In this document: positions 47,333 through 57,508 of the stretch, piece after piece | Layout of the letters: the number at the start of each line of letters is the position of its first letter | Position numbering within the stretch: the stretch's first letter is position 1 | Assembly (NCBI GenBank): GCA_965203175.1 | Contig: OZ241867.1 | Location: forward strand, 64,001 to 128,000 | DNA length: 64,000 bases | DNA from: Candidatus Latescibacterota bacterium | Lineage (GTDB): Bacteria > Latescibacterota > UBA2968 > UBA8231 | Direction: 5' to 3' | The notes under the pieces: model-generated | What the model was told of the DNA's origin: nothing | Databases searched by the model: none | Seen by the model: only the letters and a program-made list of their open reading frames with translations | Position numbers and translations under genes: made by a program

Positions 47333-49720
47333 CTAGTAAGCCACGCTGATAATGCGGTGCTGGCTCGCGGCCCCAGCTTGGGCTTCCACCTCCACCCGGC
47401 ACAGGTACGAACCGGGAGGAACTATGCGCTCCTCCTGATCTTGGCCGGCCCAGATGTAGAGGTGGGACTGGTCGGGCTGGTGCTGGCCCTCAAGGGCGCG
47501 GACGAGTCGGCCATCGAGGGTGTAGATCCGCACTTGGGCCGGCGCGTCCGTCTTCAAGATGTGGAAGCGGATTTCCGCCGCGTCGCCGATCCCATCTCCG
47601 TTGGGGCTGACGAACGACTGCACCGAGAGGTTGGCGATCAACTGATCAGTCCCCGGGACGCTGGGCAAATACACGGTCGTGGCGGCGCGACGCACCGGAT
47701 CGACCGGCTGCCACACCTCTAGCTGCCGGTCGTTGCCGACGAAGGCCCGGAAGAGCGTGGCATTGCGCTCTACGACCGTACTAAATGTCAGCGCAACTTC
47801 CTCGCGCCGCACAGCGCGCGGCAGTTCCACAAGTAACGAATCATCTGCGACGCGCACCGCGGCTGGCTCGGCTTCAGCACCGCCTATGGTGAGGACGATC
47901 GCGTCGGGGTCGGCGGGCGACGGGGTTTGCAGCAAAAGGCGATTAAACCCGGGGTTACGCGACGCGAACTCCGGCGTTATGTGGAACGAAAAAAGCTGGG
48001 GCACGCCCGCCTCGGTCGTGCGCGGCAGCACCTCGCCGGTGACCCCAGCGAGGAAGGCGTCGGTAAATTCGATCTCCAAGGCGCGCACAGTCGGCGCAGT
48101 GGTCGGACGGTCTGAACTGAGGAGGAGCTGGACTTGGACGAAACGGCGCGGGCTAGGGGAGAGGAACTGCTCGCCGGAGCGCTGGTAAAAGTTGCTCCAC
48201 TCGCTCCAGTCCTCGCCAATGCCGATTGTGCTCTGGGTCTCACCCCGCAGCTGCTTCGGCATTTGGTCGTACTGCTCGGCTGTTACTTCGTTGCCATCCT
48301 TGCGGAAGTAGCGAAAATTTTCTTGCAACTCGTTGCCCGAGCGAGTGCGTGCCTGAATGCGAGCGCCCGGAGGCAGGTCGGCTTCCCAGAGCAGGGATTT
48401 GATCACCTTCGCCCGGTTGTCGCCGGCGATTCTCCCCAAGTCGATAAAGTCCGAACTCATCTCCACTTGGGCCACGTGGCCCACCGCAAACACGAGCGTC
48501 TCGATCAAAAAGCCGCTCTGGAACTGGAAGCTGGTCTGCGAGCCGCCGCCACCGACCCATTCGGCTGCGATAAAGCGAACGGGGCGCGGCTCAAAAAGAT
48601 AGGTCAATTGGCCGGGGAATTCGGTCGAGGACGCGAGCAAGGCATCTGTATCGCCGACGAAGAGTTGGTCGAAATCGACTTCTCCCGTCAGGGTGCGGCG
48701 ACCGTTGGAAACGCTCAAGCTGTGGGTGCGAATCTGGGGCAAGTTGGAGCCGTACGTCAGAGTGCGGAGGAGAAAATCCGAAGTGCGCATCACGATCCGA
48801 TCCACCCAAAACAACGCGCCCAAGTCCCAGTCCCAAGCGATGGGATCTTGGCCGCGCTCCCGCCGTGCTCCCCAATCGCTATTGGCGTTGCCGTCGGCCA
48901 TCTTGAAGGGAAAGCCCCGACCCGAGCGCTCCTGAATCACGCCGCCGCGCTCTAGGGTCTGCAAGGCGATATTTTCCCCCAGCGTGTACACTTCCACCTC
49001 GGCGAGGGCTGCGTCCGGCGTCTTGGTGTCCACCAAGATCCTTATGAATTGCAGCAGGTCATAAGTAGTGTCCGCAGTACCCTCCTCGCGCGCGCCCCGC
49101 GCGCGCGTCACCTCCCGCACTAGCGGCTTCACATCGTAACTCACCACGGTCTCGTCAATGGGCTTGGTGGTGCCGCCGATCAGGTGAAAAGAGAATATGT
49201 CTTGGCGCGTCACGCGGCGTCCTTCGGAGCCGAAGACGCGGAATTCGCGGAAGGGCCGCGCGCCCTCTTGATCGGGGAAAATGAGGCGAATCTCCGACAC
49301 GAGTACGGCCCTTCCTAGGTTGATCTCGATCCACCAGTCCTCTAAGGAAGCGTCTGGGTCGGGTTGCCAGAAGGTCTGAGCGCGGCCGTCTATAGCCCGG
49401 CCAGCCGTTGAGAGATTGGTGCCGGCCTTCCATGCGCCACCGCGTACCTCTTTGCCACTCACCAACTCGTGAGTGAATTCGTCGGCGTTGACGGCAGCGT
49501 TGTGCTCGCCCTTGAATTCGACGGGGGTCACCGAGCCGTCCGGAGAAAATGCGAGCGTGCCGGCCGGAAAGGTCCACTCCTGCCATTCTGCTTTGCGATC
49601 TACCCGGTACACCTCCATATCGGCGCTCCGAGTCTGGGCGGCGTACGCTGCCAGCGCGAGGGCCGCCAAACTCAAGCCCGCGAATAGGAGGAACGTTTGG
49701 TGCGAGCGAAGGCGCTGCAT
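47333..49720 (-). CDS. Secreted long-type discoidin-like/FlgD-Ig protein, ends in IISVAY
   Basis: Signal peptide; 'AIDGRAQTFWQPD...WWIEINLGR', 'WDWDLGALFWVDR', 'WSEWS', 'SPSPRRF', 'VSPNGDGIGD...PPGSYLCRVEVE'. Confidence 0.75.
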   Translation of the reverse strand: MQRLRSHQTFLLFAGLSLAALALAAYAAQTRSADMEVYRVDRKAEWQEWTFPAGTLAFSPDGSVTPVEFKGEHNAAVNADEFTHELVSGKEVRGGAWKAGTNLSTAGRAIDGRAQTFWQPDPDASLEDWWIEINLGRAVLVSEIRLIFPDQEGARPFREFRVFGSEGRRVTRQDIFSFHLIGGTTKPIDETVVSYDVKPLVREVTRARGAREEGTADTTYDLLQFIRILVDTKTPDAALAEVEVYTLGENIALQTLERGGVIQERSGRGFPFKMADGNANSDWGARRERGQDPIAWDWDLGALFWVDRIVMRTSDFLLRTLTYGSNLPQIRTHSLSVSNGRRTLTGEVDFDQLFVGDTDALLASSTEFPGQLTYLFEPRPVRFIAAEWVGGGGSQTSFQFQSGFLIETLVFAVGHVAQVEMSSDFIDLGRIAGDNRAKVIKSLLWEADLPPGARIQARTRSGNELQENFRYFRKDGNEVTAEQYDQMPKQLRGETQSTIGIGEDWSEWSNFYQRSGEQFLSPSPRRFVQVQLLLSSDRPTTAPTVRALEIEFTDAFLAGVTGEVLPRTTEAGVPQLFSFHITPEFASRNPGFNRLLLQTPSPADPDAIVLTIGGAEAEPAAVRVADDSLLVELPRAVRREEVALTFSTVVERNATLFRAFVGNDRQLEVWQPVDPVRRAATTVYLPSVPGTDQLIANLSVQSFVSPNGDGIGDAAEIRFHILKTDAPAQVRIYTLDGRLVRALEGQHQPDQSHLYIWAGQDQEERIVPPGSYLCRVEVEAQAGAASQHRIISVAY

Positions 49721-49734
49721 AGCCTCTCCTTGTT

Positions 49735-51705
49735 TTAGTAGGCAACGCCCACTGCGCCGAGACGCGTGAAGCGCTCGCGCTCGGCGTCGGCAGTCACCTG
49801 GGCGAGGTAGATCCCCACGGGAACCGGGTTGCCGCTGTCATCAAGGCCATCCCATTCCCAAACAAAAGAGCCGCTGCCGCGCGCGCCCGTAAACAAGGTG
49901 CGCACCCGCTGGCCTCCAAGCGAGAAAATCCGCACGGTCAACTGTATGGGTTGCTGGAGTTGGACCAAGGTACAGGAAATGCGCGCGCGCTCGTTGATTC
50001 TGTCGCCATTGGGCGTCATCACAGCCGGCTGTACCGCAAAAAGCGGGAGCAGGTTGCGCGCCGAAGCGGCCGTGGTCAGCACGCGCAAGTCGTTGGTCAA
50101 GACCGTGGGGTTGGCGTCCCCAGGCAGGACCTGCTGCGGGGCCTCATCGCTTTGGGTGTCGAAGACTCGGGCGCGAAAGAACGTGGATTGGACGAAGACT
50201 TCGGCGTCGAAGACGACGCGCAACGCATTCGGCGATTGATGCGTCAGTCTTTGGCTGGGGAAGAATAGCTTCAGGCTCCTCTCGCCCTCGACGACGCTGT
50301 CAGGCGCGGTGGCGACGGGCGGATCGCCTATGAACATTTCCTTGAACTGCGGCCTAGAGGGCGTGAGGATCTCCAAGGCGTCAAAGCCCACGTCCGTCTC
50401 GCTGATGTCGGCGCGGATGTCATAGGCAAAAGTCGAGAGCGCACCGGCTGGCACTCGGGGCTTGTTGCCCAAGGGGCGAGGGGTTTCCAGCGTGGAGATT
50501 TCCCCTATTAGCTGCTGGGCCAACGGCGGGATGGAGTGCTCAACCGTCAGCGAGTTGACCCGTATGCCGTCGAGGATGGAGTGGCTGGTGAGTGCGATTT
50601 CGAGCTGGAAGAAGCGACGCGGGCTAGGCAGTTCAATCCGCTGGCCGGACTCGACGAAGGGCGGCGACCACTCGCTCCAGTTGATTTGGTCGTCTTCGAT
50701 CGGACCGCGCACGTTCAGGCCCAGCCTGCCGTAGTCGCCTTCTGAAACTTCCTGCACGTCGCCGGTGAAAACATTGACGATTTCGTGGAACACCTGCGGG
50801 GTATCGTCGCGGCCCGTGCGCATGCGAATGGAGACATCCGCATCGGCCGTCGGCTCGACGTCAATGCGGTCCTCTTCCTGGCGCAAAGTCTCGGCGGTCC
50901 ACAGCAGGCGGCTGAAGTTGGCCACTTCGCCCAAGTCGATGATCTTGGACCGATAGCGCCCTCCCGGCGGAAAGCCCGCCCCGTACACCTCGAACTCGGC
51001 TATCTCAAAGGGATTGGTCGAGGTCACGTTGAGTTGGATGTAGCGGACGAATTGCAATGGGAAGGGAATTTGCGCCACGTTTTCCGTGGTAAAATCCACT
51101 TGGGTCAGCAAATTGTACACCGGCAGGTTTTCCGGCGTGAAGCTCACGCCGTCGCTGACCTGAACTTTATAGCCGCGGATGAAGTCGTCGGCAAAGGGCC
51201 GCCCGCGGCTGTCGGCCCCCTCTGGGCGCGGAAAAAACGAGATGCGGTTGACGGGGAAGCGCGTGCCCAAGTCAAAGAAAAAGGTCCGGCCCGCTTGCAG
51301 CACCCCGAATTCCTTGAAGCGATTTTCGCTGGAGGTCTGCGCGTCGCCATCGACGAGCGGAGCATTCGTCTGCTTGAAGGGCACGTTGTCCCACACCCGC
51401 GCCTCGGCCACCTCACTGATGAAGTCCAAAGGGAAGCCCTCGGTCCACCTCAGCTGCCGGACGATATTATCGTTGGGATTAAAACCCACCAACTGAATGG
51501 CTCCGGCTGCATCGAAGCTGATGGCCGTGGAATTTAGCTCGTCGTCCTTCCAAGAGCGTCCCGCACCGCCCAATTCCCACTGCCGCACCTCGCCCGCCGC
51601 GGCCACCGCCAACCACGCGACCCCGACCAGCGCCCTAGAAGTACAAAACAGCGATCTGAACGCGCGCAAAACAATTCCCTCACTATTTGGCGAAATATAG
51701 CCCAT
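49735..51705 (-). CDS. Secreted short-type discoidin-like/FlgD-Ig protein, ends in AVGVAY (start ATG 51705 or TTG 51669)
   Basis: The ORF-track extension to 52038 overlaps the DUF6785 gene. Motifs 'LVDGD...FDLGTRFPVNRISFFPR', 'WSEWSPPF', 'MTPNGDRINE...WDGLDDSG'. Confidence 0.73.
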   Translation of the reverse strand: MGYISPNSEGIVLRAFRSLFCTSRALVGVAWLAVAAAGEVRQWELGGAGRSWKDDELNSTAISFDAAGAIQLVGFNPNDNIVRQLRWTEGFPLDFISEVAEARVWDNVPFKQTNAPLVDGDAQTSSENRFKEFGVLQAGRTFFFDLGTRFPVNRISFFPRPEGADSRGRPFADDFIRGYKVQVSDGVSFTPENLPVYNLLTQVDFTTENVAQIPFPLQFVRYIQLNVTSTNPFEIAEFEVYGAGFPPGGRYRSKIIDLGEVANFSRLLWTAETLRQEEDRIDVEPTADADVSIRMRTGRDDTPQVFHEIVNVFTGDVQEVSEGDYGRLGLNVRGPIEDDQINWSEWSPPFVESGQRIELPSPRRFFQLEIALTSHSILDGIRVNSLTVEHSIPPLAQQLIGEISTLETPRPLGNKPRVPAGALSTFAYDIRADISETDVGFDALEILTPSRPQFKEMFIGDPPVATAPDSVVEGERSLKLFFPSQRLTHQSPNALRVVFDAEVFVQSTFFRARVFDTQSDEAPQQVLPGDANPTVLTNDLRVLTTAASARNLLPLFAVQPAVMTPNGDRINERARISCTLVQLQQPIQLTVRIFSLGGQRVRTLFTGARGSGSFVWEWDGLDDSGNPVPVGIYLAQVTADAERERFTRLGAVGVAY

Positions 51706-51719
51706 TTTCACACAGAACT

Positions 51720-53660
51720 TCAACCCCAGAAAATCACGTTGCCGACCATGCCGGTAAAGTGATCGACGAACAGGAAAAGCCCCCCCGGCACAATGTGCCC
51801 GGCGATCATGCCCATGAAAAAGGGACGCGTCCTGCGGTAGAGTGCCACGCCGCCGTAGCGCAGCACCGACACCTTGATCAGCCACGCCAAGAACATGTCG
51901 AACCAGAGGTGATCCATGATCCCGGTGGGACCGATGGGGTAGCCGAGAGGATGGAGGGGCCACCAGACGTAGTACCAGCGCGCCAGCATCAAGAGCAGCA
52001 TCACGCCCGCCCCAATCCCCGTGTTGATCCAACCCCACAGATGCGGCTCACTCGGCGTGCGAATCAAACTAGCGGCATAGTCGTAAAATCCGTGTTTACC
52101 CCCGGGTATTTTCAGGTTGAGCGCCCCGTACGAATAGCCCAGTTCCATAACCACCCACATCGACGAGACCAGCCCGACGGCCATGGCCAAGAGCATCGTC
52201 CAGAACAGCGGACGTTTCGAACCGCCAAAGCCCTCGCCCAACTTGAGGCTGTTAGCGGCTGACGTCATGGCGAAACTGCGCCCATTCGTCCAGAAAAAGG
52301 TCGTCGCTAGCACGACCATGCCCTGGGCACCGATGGCCGACGAGCCAACGGCGGAGACGACGATGGCCGCCGGGCCGACCGGGACCGAACCGTCCGAAAG
52401 TCCCCCTTCGGCGATTAGGCGAGTAAACCCTACAAAAAGCGCAAAAGCGGTAAATAAAAAGGCTAAGACGACCCAGACGGGCAGGCCCGCCAGCGAGAGC
52501 CACGCGACCATCACCGCGCTACTGGCCAGCAGGACGAGTACAGCCGTCCGGTAGGATAGAATTTCGCCGGAATCATCTACCGTCGGGTCTCCCCACAGGG
52601 CCTTGCGGCAAACCGCCCGCAGGTGCTTGCGGGCCGCGAATAGGCCAAACAGAAACAGGACCAGCATGCCACCCATCGACTGGTGGACGAGAATCGGATC
52701 GATGATCGAGTGCCCACCTCCCAGCATCTCCGAACTAGTGACGCCTAAGACGGCAAAGGTGGTGCGCAGGGCGTTGGCGAAGAGGTTAAAAAACCACAGA
52801 CTGAAGGCGATTTCGGTCTTGAGAAAGTAGAAAAAGCCCAAAATGTTGAAGCGGAATTTGAATTGCAGTTCGGACAGATTGTCGAAGATGGGCAAGATGA
52901 AGTGGATGGGATCTACATTGGTGGCAATGGGCACGGTCTCTGGGAAGTAGTTGTGTAGCCCGTGCAGGGTGCCCCAGACGGCCGGCACGGCAAAGCCGGT
53001 CCACATCACTGGGTTTTTGAAGAATGGAGCAATGCGGTCCCCCCCGGCGTCCTGTTCGGTGAGGGCCATTGGCACCTGGACCAGCGGATAGGTCAGCCGC
53101 TCGTAGTCGTTCCACTGCTTGCGCAGAATCGCCATCACGGCAATCATTGCCAAGAACAAGGCCCAGACCAAAGGCGCCCAGCGCAAGAACATCGGCAGCC
53201 AGCCAGCCCACGGGATGGACTGGCCCTGCTCCAAGCCCTCGTAAAAAGGCCACATGACCGCTAGGTCGCGCGGCTGCAACCAGTCGGCTATGTGGGGTTG
53301 GATGAGCGTGTGCCAGTCGTTTTCTGGTGTGGCATAGTAAAAGGGAGTAAGGATCGTGCCGATGAACCGGCTAGCAAAAAACACCGGCAGGGGCGAGGCC
53401 ATGACCATCATTATGTAGATGAGCAGGAGTTCGCCGCGGTTCAGCCCGGCTCGCGGATGGACTAGCTTGAGCAGTGGGTTGATTAAGCCAGCGAGAAAGA
53501 AGAGCAAGAACAGGGCACCGACCGTGCTGGTCCCGAGCGTCATGTACGAGCCGCGAAGATAGAAAACCCCATACGCGTCGCCCGCAGCCACGAAAAATGT
53601 AAATAGGCAGCCGAGCAGCAGCGCCTTGGGCGTGAAGACTCCGGCCGCTGGGGGTTGCAA
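51720..53660 (-). CDS. DUF6785/DUF6784-type polytopic membrane protein (putative transporter)
   Basis: 'ELLLIYIM', 'YYATPENDW', 'LRKQWNDYERLTYPL', 'WWPLHPLGY', 'YGGVALYRRTRPFFMGMIAG'. Confidence 0.75.
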   Translation of the reverse strand: MQPPAAGVFTPKALLLGCLFTFFVAAGDAYGVFYLRGSYMTLGTSTVGALFLLFFLAGLINPLLKLVHPRAGLNRGELLLIYIMMVMASPLPVFFASRFIGTILTPFYYATPENDWHTLIQPHIADWLQPRDLAVMWPFYEGLEQGQSIPWAGWLPMFLRWAPLVWALFLAMIAVMAILRKQWNDYERLTYPLVQVPMALTEQDAGGDRIAPFFKNPVMWTGFAVPAVWGTLHGLHNYFPETVPIATNVDPIHFILPIFDNLSELQFKFRFNILGFFYFLKTEIAFSLWFFNLFANALRTTFAVLGVTSSEMLGGGHSIIDPILVHQSMGGMLVLFLFGLFAARKHLRAVCRKALWGDPTVDDSGEILSYRTAVLVLLASSAVMVAWLSLAGLPVWVVLAFLFTAFALFVGFTRLIAEGGLSDGSVPVGPAAIVVSAVGSSAIGAQGMVVLATTFFWTNGRSFAMTSAANSLKLGEGFGGSKRPLFWTMLLAMAVGLVSSMWVVMELGYSYGALNLKIPGGKHGFYDYAASLIRTPSEPHLWGWINTGIGAGVMLLLMLARWYYVWWPLHPLGYPIGPTGIMDHLWFDMFLAWLIKVSVLRYGGVALYRRTRPFFMGMIAGHIVPGGLFLFVDHFTGMVGNVIFWG

Positions 53661-53663
53661 GGA

Positions 53664-56303
53664 CTATACCCCGCCTGTGGCAGCAAAGATGCGGACGAAG
53701 ACGATTGATTGCTTCTGGGTTTGCTCCGCGAAGAATTGGCGCTCTAGCAGGAAGCCCGCATTCATGGTCAGCTCGTACCCCTGATAGGACGACACATTGG
53801 TCAGCAGGGCCGAAAACACGAGGCTGCGGAAGTCATCGACATAGCTCGGCAAAGCCTCGGCTGGACGCTCGATTAGGTTCTCGAAAAGGCTGAATTCAAC
53901 GCCGAAATCTAAGAGCGTGTTTGGCAGGAGCGCGTACTGGCCCAAAAAGAAAAAGCTCTCGGTCAGTTCGTTGGCCTCCAACTCGGTCAGCGCAGTAGGC
54001 GTTTCTCGCTGATACATGCTCTTCCACTTGGGATAGAGAGCGAGCCGGTCGCTAGGGCGAATGGCGTAATCGGCCTTGTTAATCAGGCCCAAAAACGAGC
54101 GGTCGCGCTTGAGGCTGGCCTGCTCACCGAGCTGGTTGAAGCGCTCGTACTTCAGCTTGCCTTCGACGTTCAGGTTGCGGATGCGAAAGTATCGGGCCTG
54201 CAAGTACAGCACATTGACAAAGGTATCTTGGTTGTCGAGCGGATCAGCAAAATCCGTCAGGCCGATGGGGTCGCGCCAGACGATGCGGTCTTCGGGCAAG
54301 TTGTCGGCCACTAGTTTGGCGTGTTCAAAAAGGGATATGTCTAGCCCGGGATAGGATTTTTCCAAGGTCAGTAGCCCGTAGAACGAGCGGCTCGCGCGGT
54401 CGCTGCTCAACTGGTGCTCGGCGAGCCGACCGACGGTCAGCCGGGTGCTCTCGGTGATCTTTAACCCCCCGTACGCATTGTACCCGCGATGGTCGCGCTC
54501 ATAGGGATAGTCGGGCAGACGGTCGTCCTCAAAGCGGTCGATGATCGTATTGTTGTTCATGTCCATGCCAAAGAGAAACTCTGGCGGATCGACCTGATAG
54601 CGGAGAAATGGCTCGACGTAATCTGGGCGGCTGTTTTGGTTTTGGTTGAAGTCGGAGATGAAATCGTTGTTTTCGTCTAGCCCGGGAAAAATCTCCGTGT
54701 CGCGGCCCTGCGAACCGCCCTGGCCGCCAAACCCTTGGCTCTGGCGATAGCGCTGCCAATCGGTGTAGCGGTCCTGATCGTCGTTGTCATCGACAAACTC
54801 AAAGAGGTTTTGGGTCTCGCTGGCGTAGTCGATGACTCCGCCCGGGTCGGCGATAAAGGCCGTGGTGCTGTAATCGGGATCTATGGTGAACGCCTCGCCG
54901 TACGCAAAGAAGGGGTAGCGCTGGTACGAGGCCGTGACGTACCCAGCTTCGGCCGTTTCCTTGTAGGCCGGCAGTTTGCGAAAGTTCTGGTTGGGGAAGC
55001 GGCGGAAGCGGCGATTGAGAGCCCATTCGGCCCGCAGGTCGAAGTGGGCGAGATTGATCAGCTCCAGATCCATACCGATCACCTCGTGCCCAGTCGGTAG
55101 GCCATAGGCAAAGCGCACAAAAGTCTGATTGGAGCCATCGGTGATCTCGTCGCGGGCCTGGGCCACCGGCAAGAAGACCTGCTCGCCCCGGGCATTAGTC
55201 TGGAGGTTGGAGGCGATCTCTATGCGGTAGTCGTTGGACACCACCAGCTCGAATTCGAGCTTCTTGGCCTCGCGGAAGGTGCCCACTTTTTCGGTTGGGC
55301 TAAAATCGTTGCGAATGTCGTAGATAAGCTCAATTACGTCCGAGCCGCTCACCTCCAAAATGCCCTCGCGCCGCACGCCGCCGCGCACCAAGGGCACAAT
55401 TTCCGGGTGCAGCTCTCCGTCGATGATCACTTGGTCGACAAAAAACGAAGCCCCGGTTTCCTCGGATTCAGGCGAGTCATCTGCAATGCGGATAATGACC
55501 CGCTCGACATTGCCCGTGTTCTGGGGGCCGGTCAGCAGGCCCTTGAGCGAGTTGTCCCCGAGGCTCAGCTCGCTGCTGGTATTGGACACATTGACCCACG
55601 TCAGACCCAGCTTGGCGAAATCGCCCACTTGGGCCACGCCGCGCGCCCCGAGCAGGCGGGTCGTGTTTTCGATCGCCGAAGCCCCGCCCGCCTCGTTGAG
55701 CGCAGTAAATCCCGGTGCGTTGAGCCGCGATCCGAGGAGGGTTACCGCGTACTTGTCGGCGAGAAAATCCCACTGCAACCCATTGAACGTGGGCTTGGAA
55801 AAGGTCAGGGGGGTGAGCGTCGTGCGGATGGCGTCACCCACCGTCAGGGAGGTGTGGAACTGGCCGTGGCTGGCCGACGAGATAACGAGGCTGCCGAACC
55901 ACCGGCCAAAGCGGGTGCCCTTCAAGAGGGCACTACCCTGGCGCAGGGGGCTGGTTTCGGTCCAGTCGTAAATGACCCAGCCGCGGTTAATGTACTGCCC
56001 GAAGAGGTTGTAGTTGCGGGTACCTTCGAGCAGGATGTTGACGTAGCGTTCGTAGTGGTCGCGTGCGTAGTTGCTGTACTCCCAGCCGCGCCACTGGTAT
56101 TCGTAGTACAGATTCTGCGGCAAGTACCACTTGCGCCGGTTGGGCGCCAAGGCACCGGGATGGATGCGCACTCCGCGAATTCCCGGTTCCTCAACCGGCC
56201 GAAAGCCCGTCGATAGCTGGGCAAAAGCCGTGGACTCCGCGAGTGCGAAAACGCACCACAACAGCAAAATTGGCCCTCTGCTACAAAGGGTTGTCAGCCT
56301 CAT
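53664..56303 (-). CDS. Large secreted Asp-rich putative outer-membrane beta-barrel protein (family X copy 2)
   Basis: AGGAG RBS and signal peptide; shares 'IRTTLTP.TFSKP.F.G.Q.DF', 'VDDNDDQDR..DW', 'IFPG.DEN.DFISDFNQN', 'PEFLFGMDMNNN..IDRFE', 'F.GLINKA.Y' with 32385-35081. Confidence 0.65.
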   Translation of the reverse strand: MRLTTLCSRGPILLLWCVFALAESTAFAQLSTGFRPVEEPGIRGVRIHPGALAPNRRKWYLPQNLYYEYQWRGWEYSNYARDHYERYVNILLEGTRNYNLFGQYINRGWVIYDWTETSPLRQGSALLKGTRFGRWFGSLVISSASHGQFHTSLTVGDAIRTTLTPLTFSKPTFNGLQWDFLADKYAVTLLGSRLNAPGFTALNEAGGASAIENTTRLLGARGVAQVGDFAKLGLTWVNVSNTSSELSLGDNSLKGLLTGPQNTGNVERVIIRIADDSPESEETGASFFVDQVIIDGELHPEIVPLVRGGVRREGILEVSGSDVIELIYDIRNDFSPTEKVGTFREAKKLEFELVVSNDYRIEIASNLQTNARGEQVFLPVAQARDEITDGSNQTFVRFAYGLPTGHEVIGMDLELINLAHFDLRAEWALNRRFRRFPNQNFRKLPAYKETAEAGYVTASYQRYPFFAYGEAFTIDPDYSTTAFIADPGGVIDYASETQNLFEFVDDNDDQDRYTDWQRYRQSQGFGGQGGSQGRDTEIFPGLDENNDFISDFNQNQNSRPDYVEPFLRYQVDPPEFLFGMDMNNNTIIDRFEDDRLPDYPYERDHRGYNAYGGLKITESTRLTVGRLAEHQLSSDRASRSFYGLLTLEKSYPGLDISLFEHAKLVADNLPEDRIVWRDPIGLTDFADPLDNQDTFVNVLYLQARYFRIRNLNVEGKLKYERFNQLGEQASLKRDRSFLGLINKADYAIRPSDRLALYPKWKSMYQRETPTALTELEANELTESFFFLGQYALLPNTLLDFGVEFSLFENLIERPAEALPSYVDDFRSLVFSALLTNVSSYQGYELTMNAGFLLERQFFAEQTQKQSIVFVRIFAATGGV

Positions 56304-56445
56304 GATCCATCTCCTAATTGAGGAAAAGCCCGCCTAGATCAGCGAGCGTCATCGGTTGACAATATACGCCCCGTTCCCACTGCCTACCAAGTCAGAACCG
56401 CGCTGCCGCGCCCGCAAAAAACGAATTTTTTTGCTACAAATTTGC

Positions 56446-56475
56446 TTCGCCTATCTATATCTTTTTGTTTATAAT
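56446..56475 (+). promoter_or_regulatory. Possible sigma70 promoter in the AT-rich divergent intergenic region
   Basis: Perfect TATAAT at 56470-56475; only a weak -35 match upstream. Confidence 0.35.
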
Positions 56476-56577
56476 GTAAAATCATCTCATCCTGAAAGGA
56501 GGTTGCACAGCTTGTTGAAAGACACTTTCCACATCCCTTTTTCTTTTTCCATCTCTTCCAATCAAGGAGCGCATAGA

Positions 56578-57486
56578 ATGAGAAAGTTTGGCTTTTTCGC
56601 CTTGTCTTTTGGGCTGGCGTGCCTGTTGAGCACGGCCGCTTTTGCCCACGTAGGCGTGACCGTGTTCTATCCCCAGGTGCCGGATCCGGCTGCCATCACC
56701 ATCGACGGCAACGACGACGACTGGGGTTGGTACGACCCGGCTCTCGCCCTCAATCAGCCCGATTTCTTCGACCGAGCCAGCGATTTCGTCGAGTTGTCGG
56801 ACTACGATTTCACCATCCTCAATGCTTGGTCGGCGGAGCCAGACAACAAGTGGTACGGCTTTGCGCGCTTTGTCGATGACACCCTCAAGTACGATTCGCC
56901 CGTCAAGGAGTGGTGGAAGGACGACTGCTTGCAGATAACCGTGGACGCCGATCACCTCGGCGGCAACATTCTCGGCTCCGACCTCGAGCAGATTGGCAAT
57001 GGCCAGCGCTGGCATGTGCGCATCTTCCCGCCAGCCGGCGAGTCCCTGTTGCCCAATCAGACCTGCTTCTTCTACAGCCAGCTAGAGTTCATCGACTCTA
57101 CAGAGCTGCTCTGGGGAGTCGAGCCGGAGTTTTTCGAGGCTGCGTGGACCGTCCTGCCAGCGGGTGCCGAGAATCTGACGGTCGGGGTTACGTACACCTA
57201 TGAGTGGCGGGGTGCCCTGTGGGACATCTGGGGCCTGAGCGAGAGCGAGAGCACGCGGCACACGTTCGCTGAGGACGACGTGATTCACCTCGGCTATCGC
57301 CCGCTCGACGCCGACCGCCCCGGCGGTGGACGCAAGCACTCCATGTACATCAACGATGGCAGCCAGTCGCAGGACGTCGACGCTTCGCAGATGCCCGACT
57401 TCTGGGCGCTGGCGGCAACGGAGACTAACGTGGAAAACGACACTTGGGGCCACATCAAAAACAGCATGTCCGAACGCCTCAAGTAG
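56578..57486 (+). CDS. Secreted DOMON/CBM9-like protein with C-terminal 'TNVENDTWGHIK' motif
   Basis: ATG 56578 with AAGGAG RBS; signal peptide ending AFA-H; 'ITIDGNDDDW', 'DADHLGG', 'TYEW'. Confidence 0.65.
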   Translation: MRKFGFFALSFGLACLLSTAAFAHVGVTVFYPQVPDPAAITIDGNDDDWGWYDPALALNQPDFFDRASDFVELSDYDFTILNAWSAEPDNKWYGFARFVDDTLKYDSPVKEWWKDDCLQITVDADHLGGNILGSDLEQIGNGQRWHVRIFPPAGESLLPNQTCFFYSQLEFIDSTELLWGVEPEFFEAAWTVLPAGAENLTVGVTYTYEWRGALWDIWGLSESESTRHTFAEDDVIHLGYRPLDADRPGGGRKHSMYINDGSQSQDVDASQMPDFWALAATETNVENDTWGHIKNSMSERLK

Positions 57487-57508
57487 CAGTTCAGCAGTAT
57501 CTGTTCTG

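Noticed and set aside
51706-52038. Long N-terminal extensions in the ORF track (also 12754-12999, 17989-18060, 36835-36900, 41266-41568, 44397-44501, 56356-56577)
   Set aside because: They overlap neighbouring genes, terminators or promoters; downstream starts have an RBS and/or proper signal peptides.
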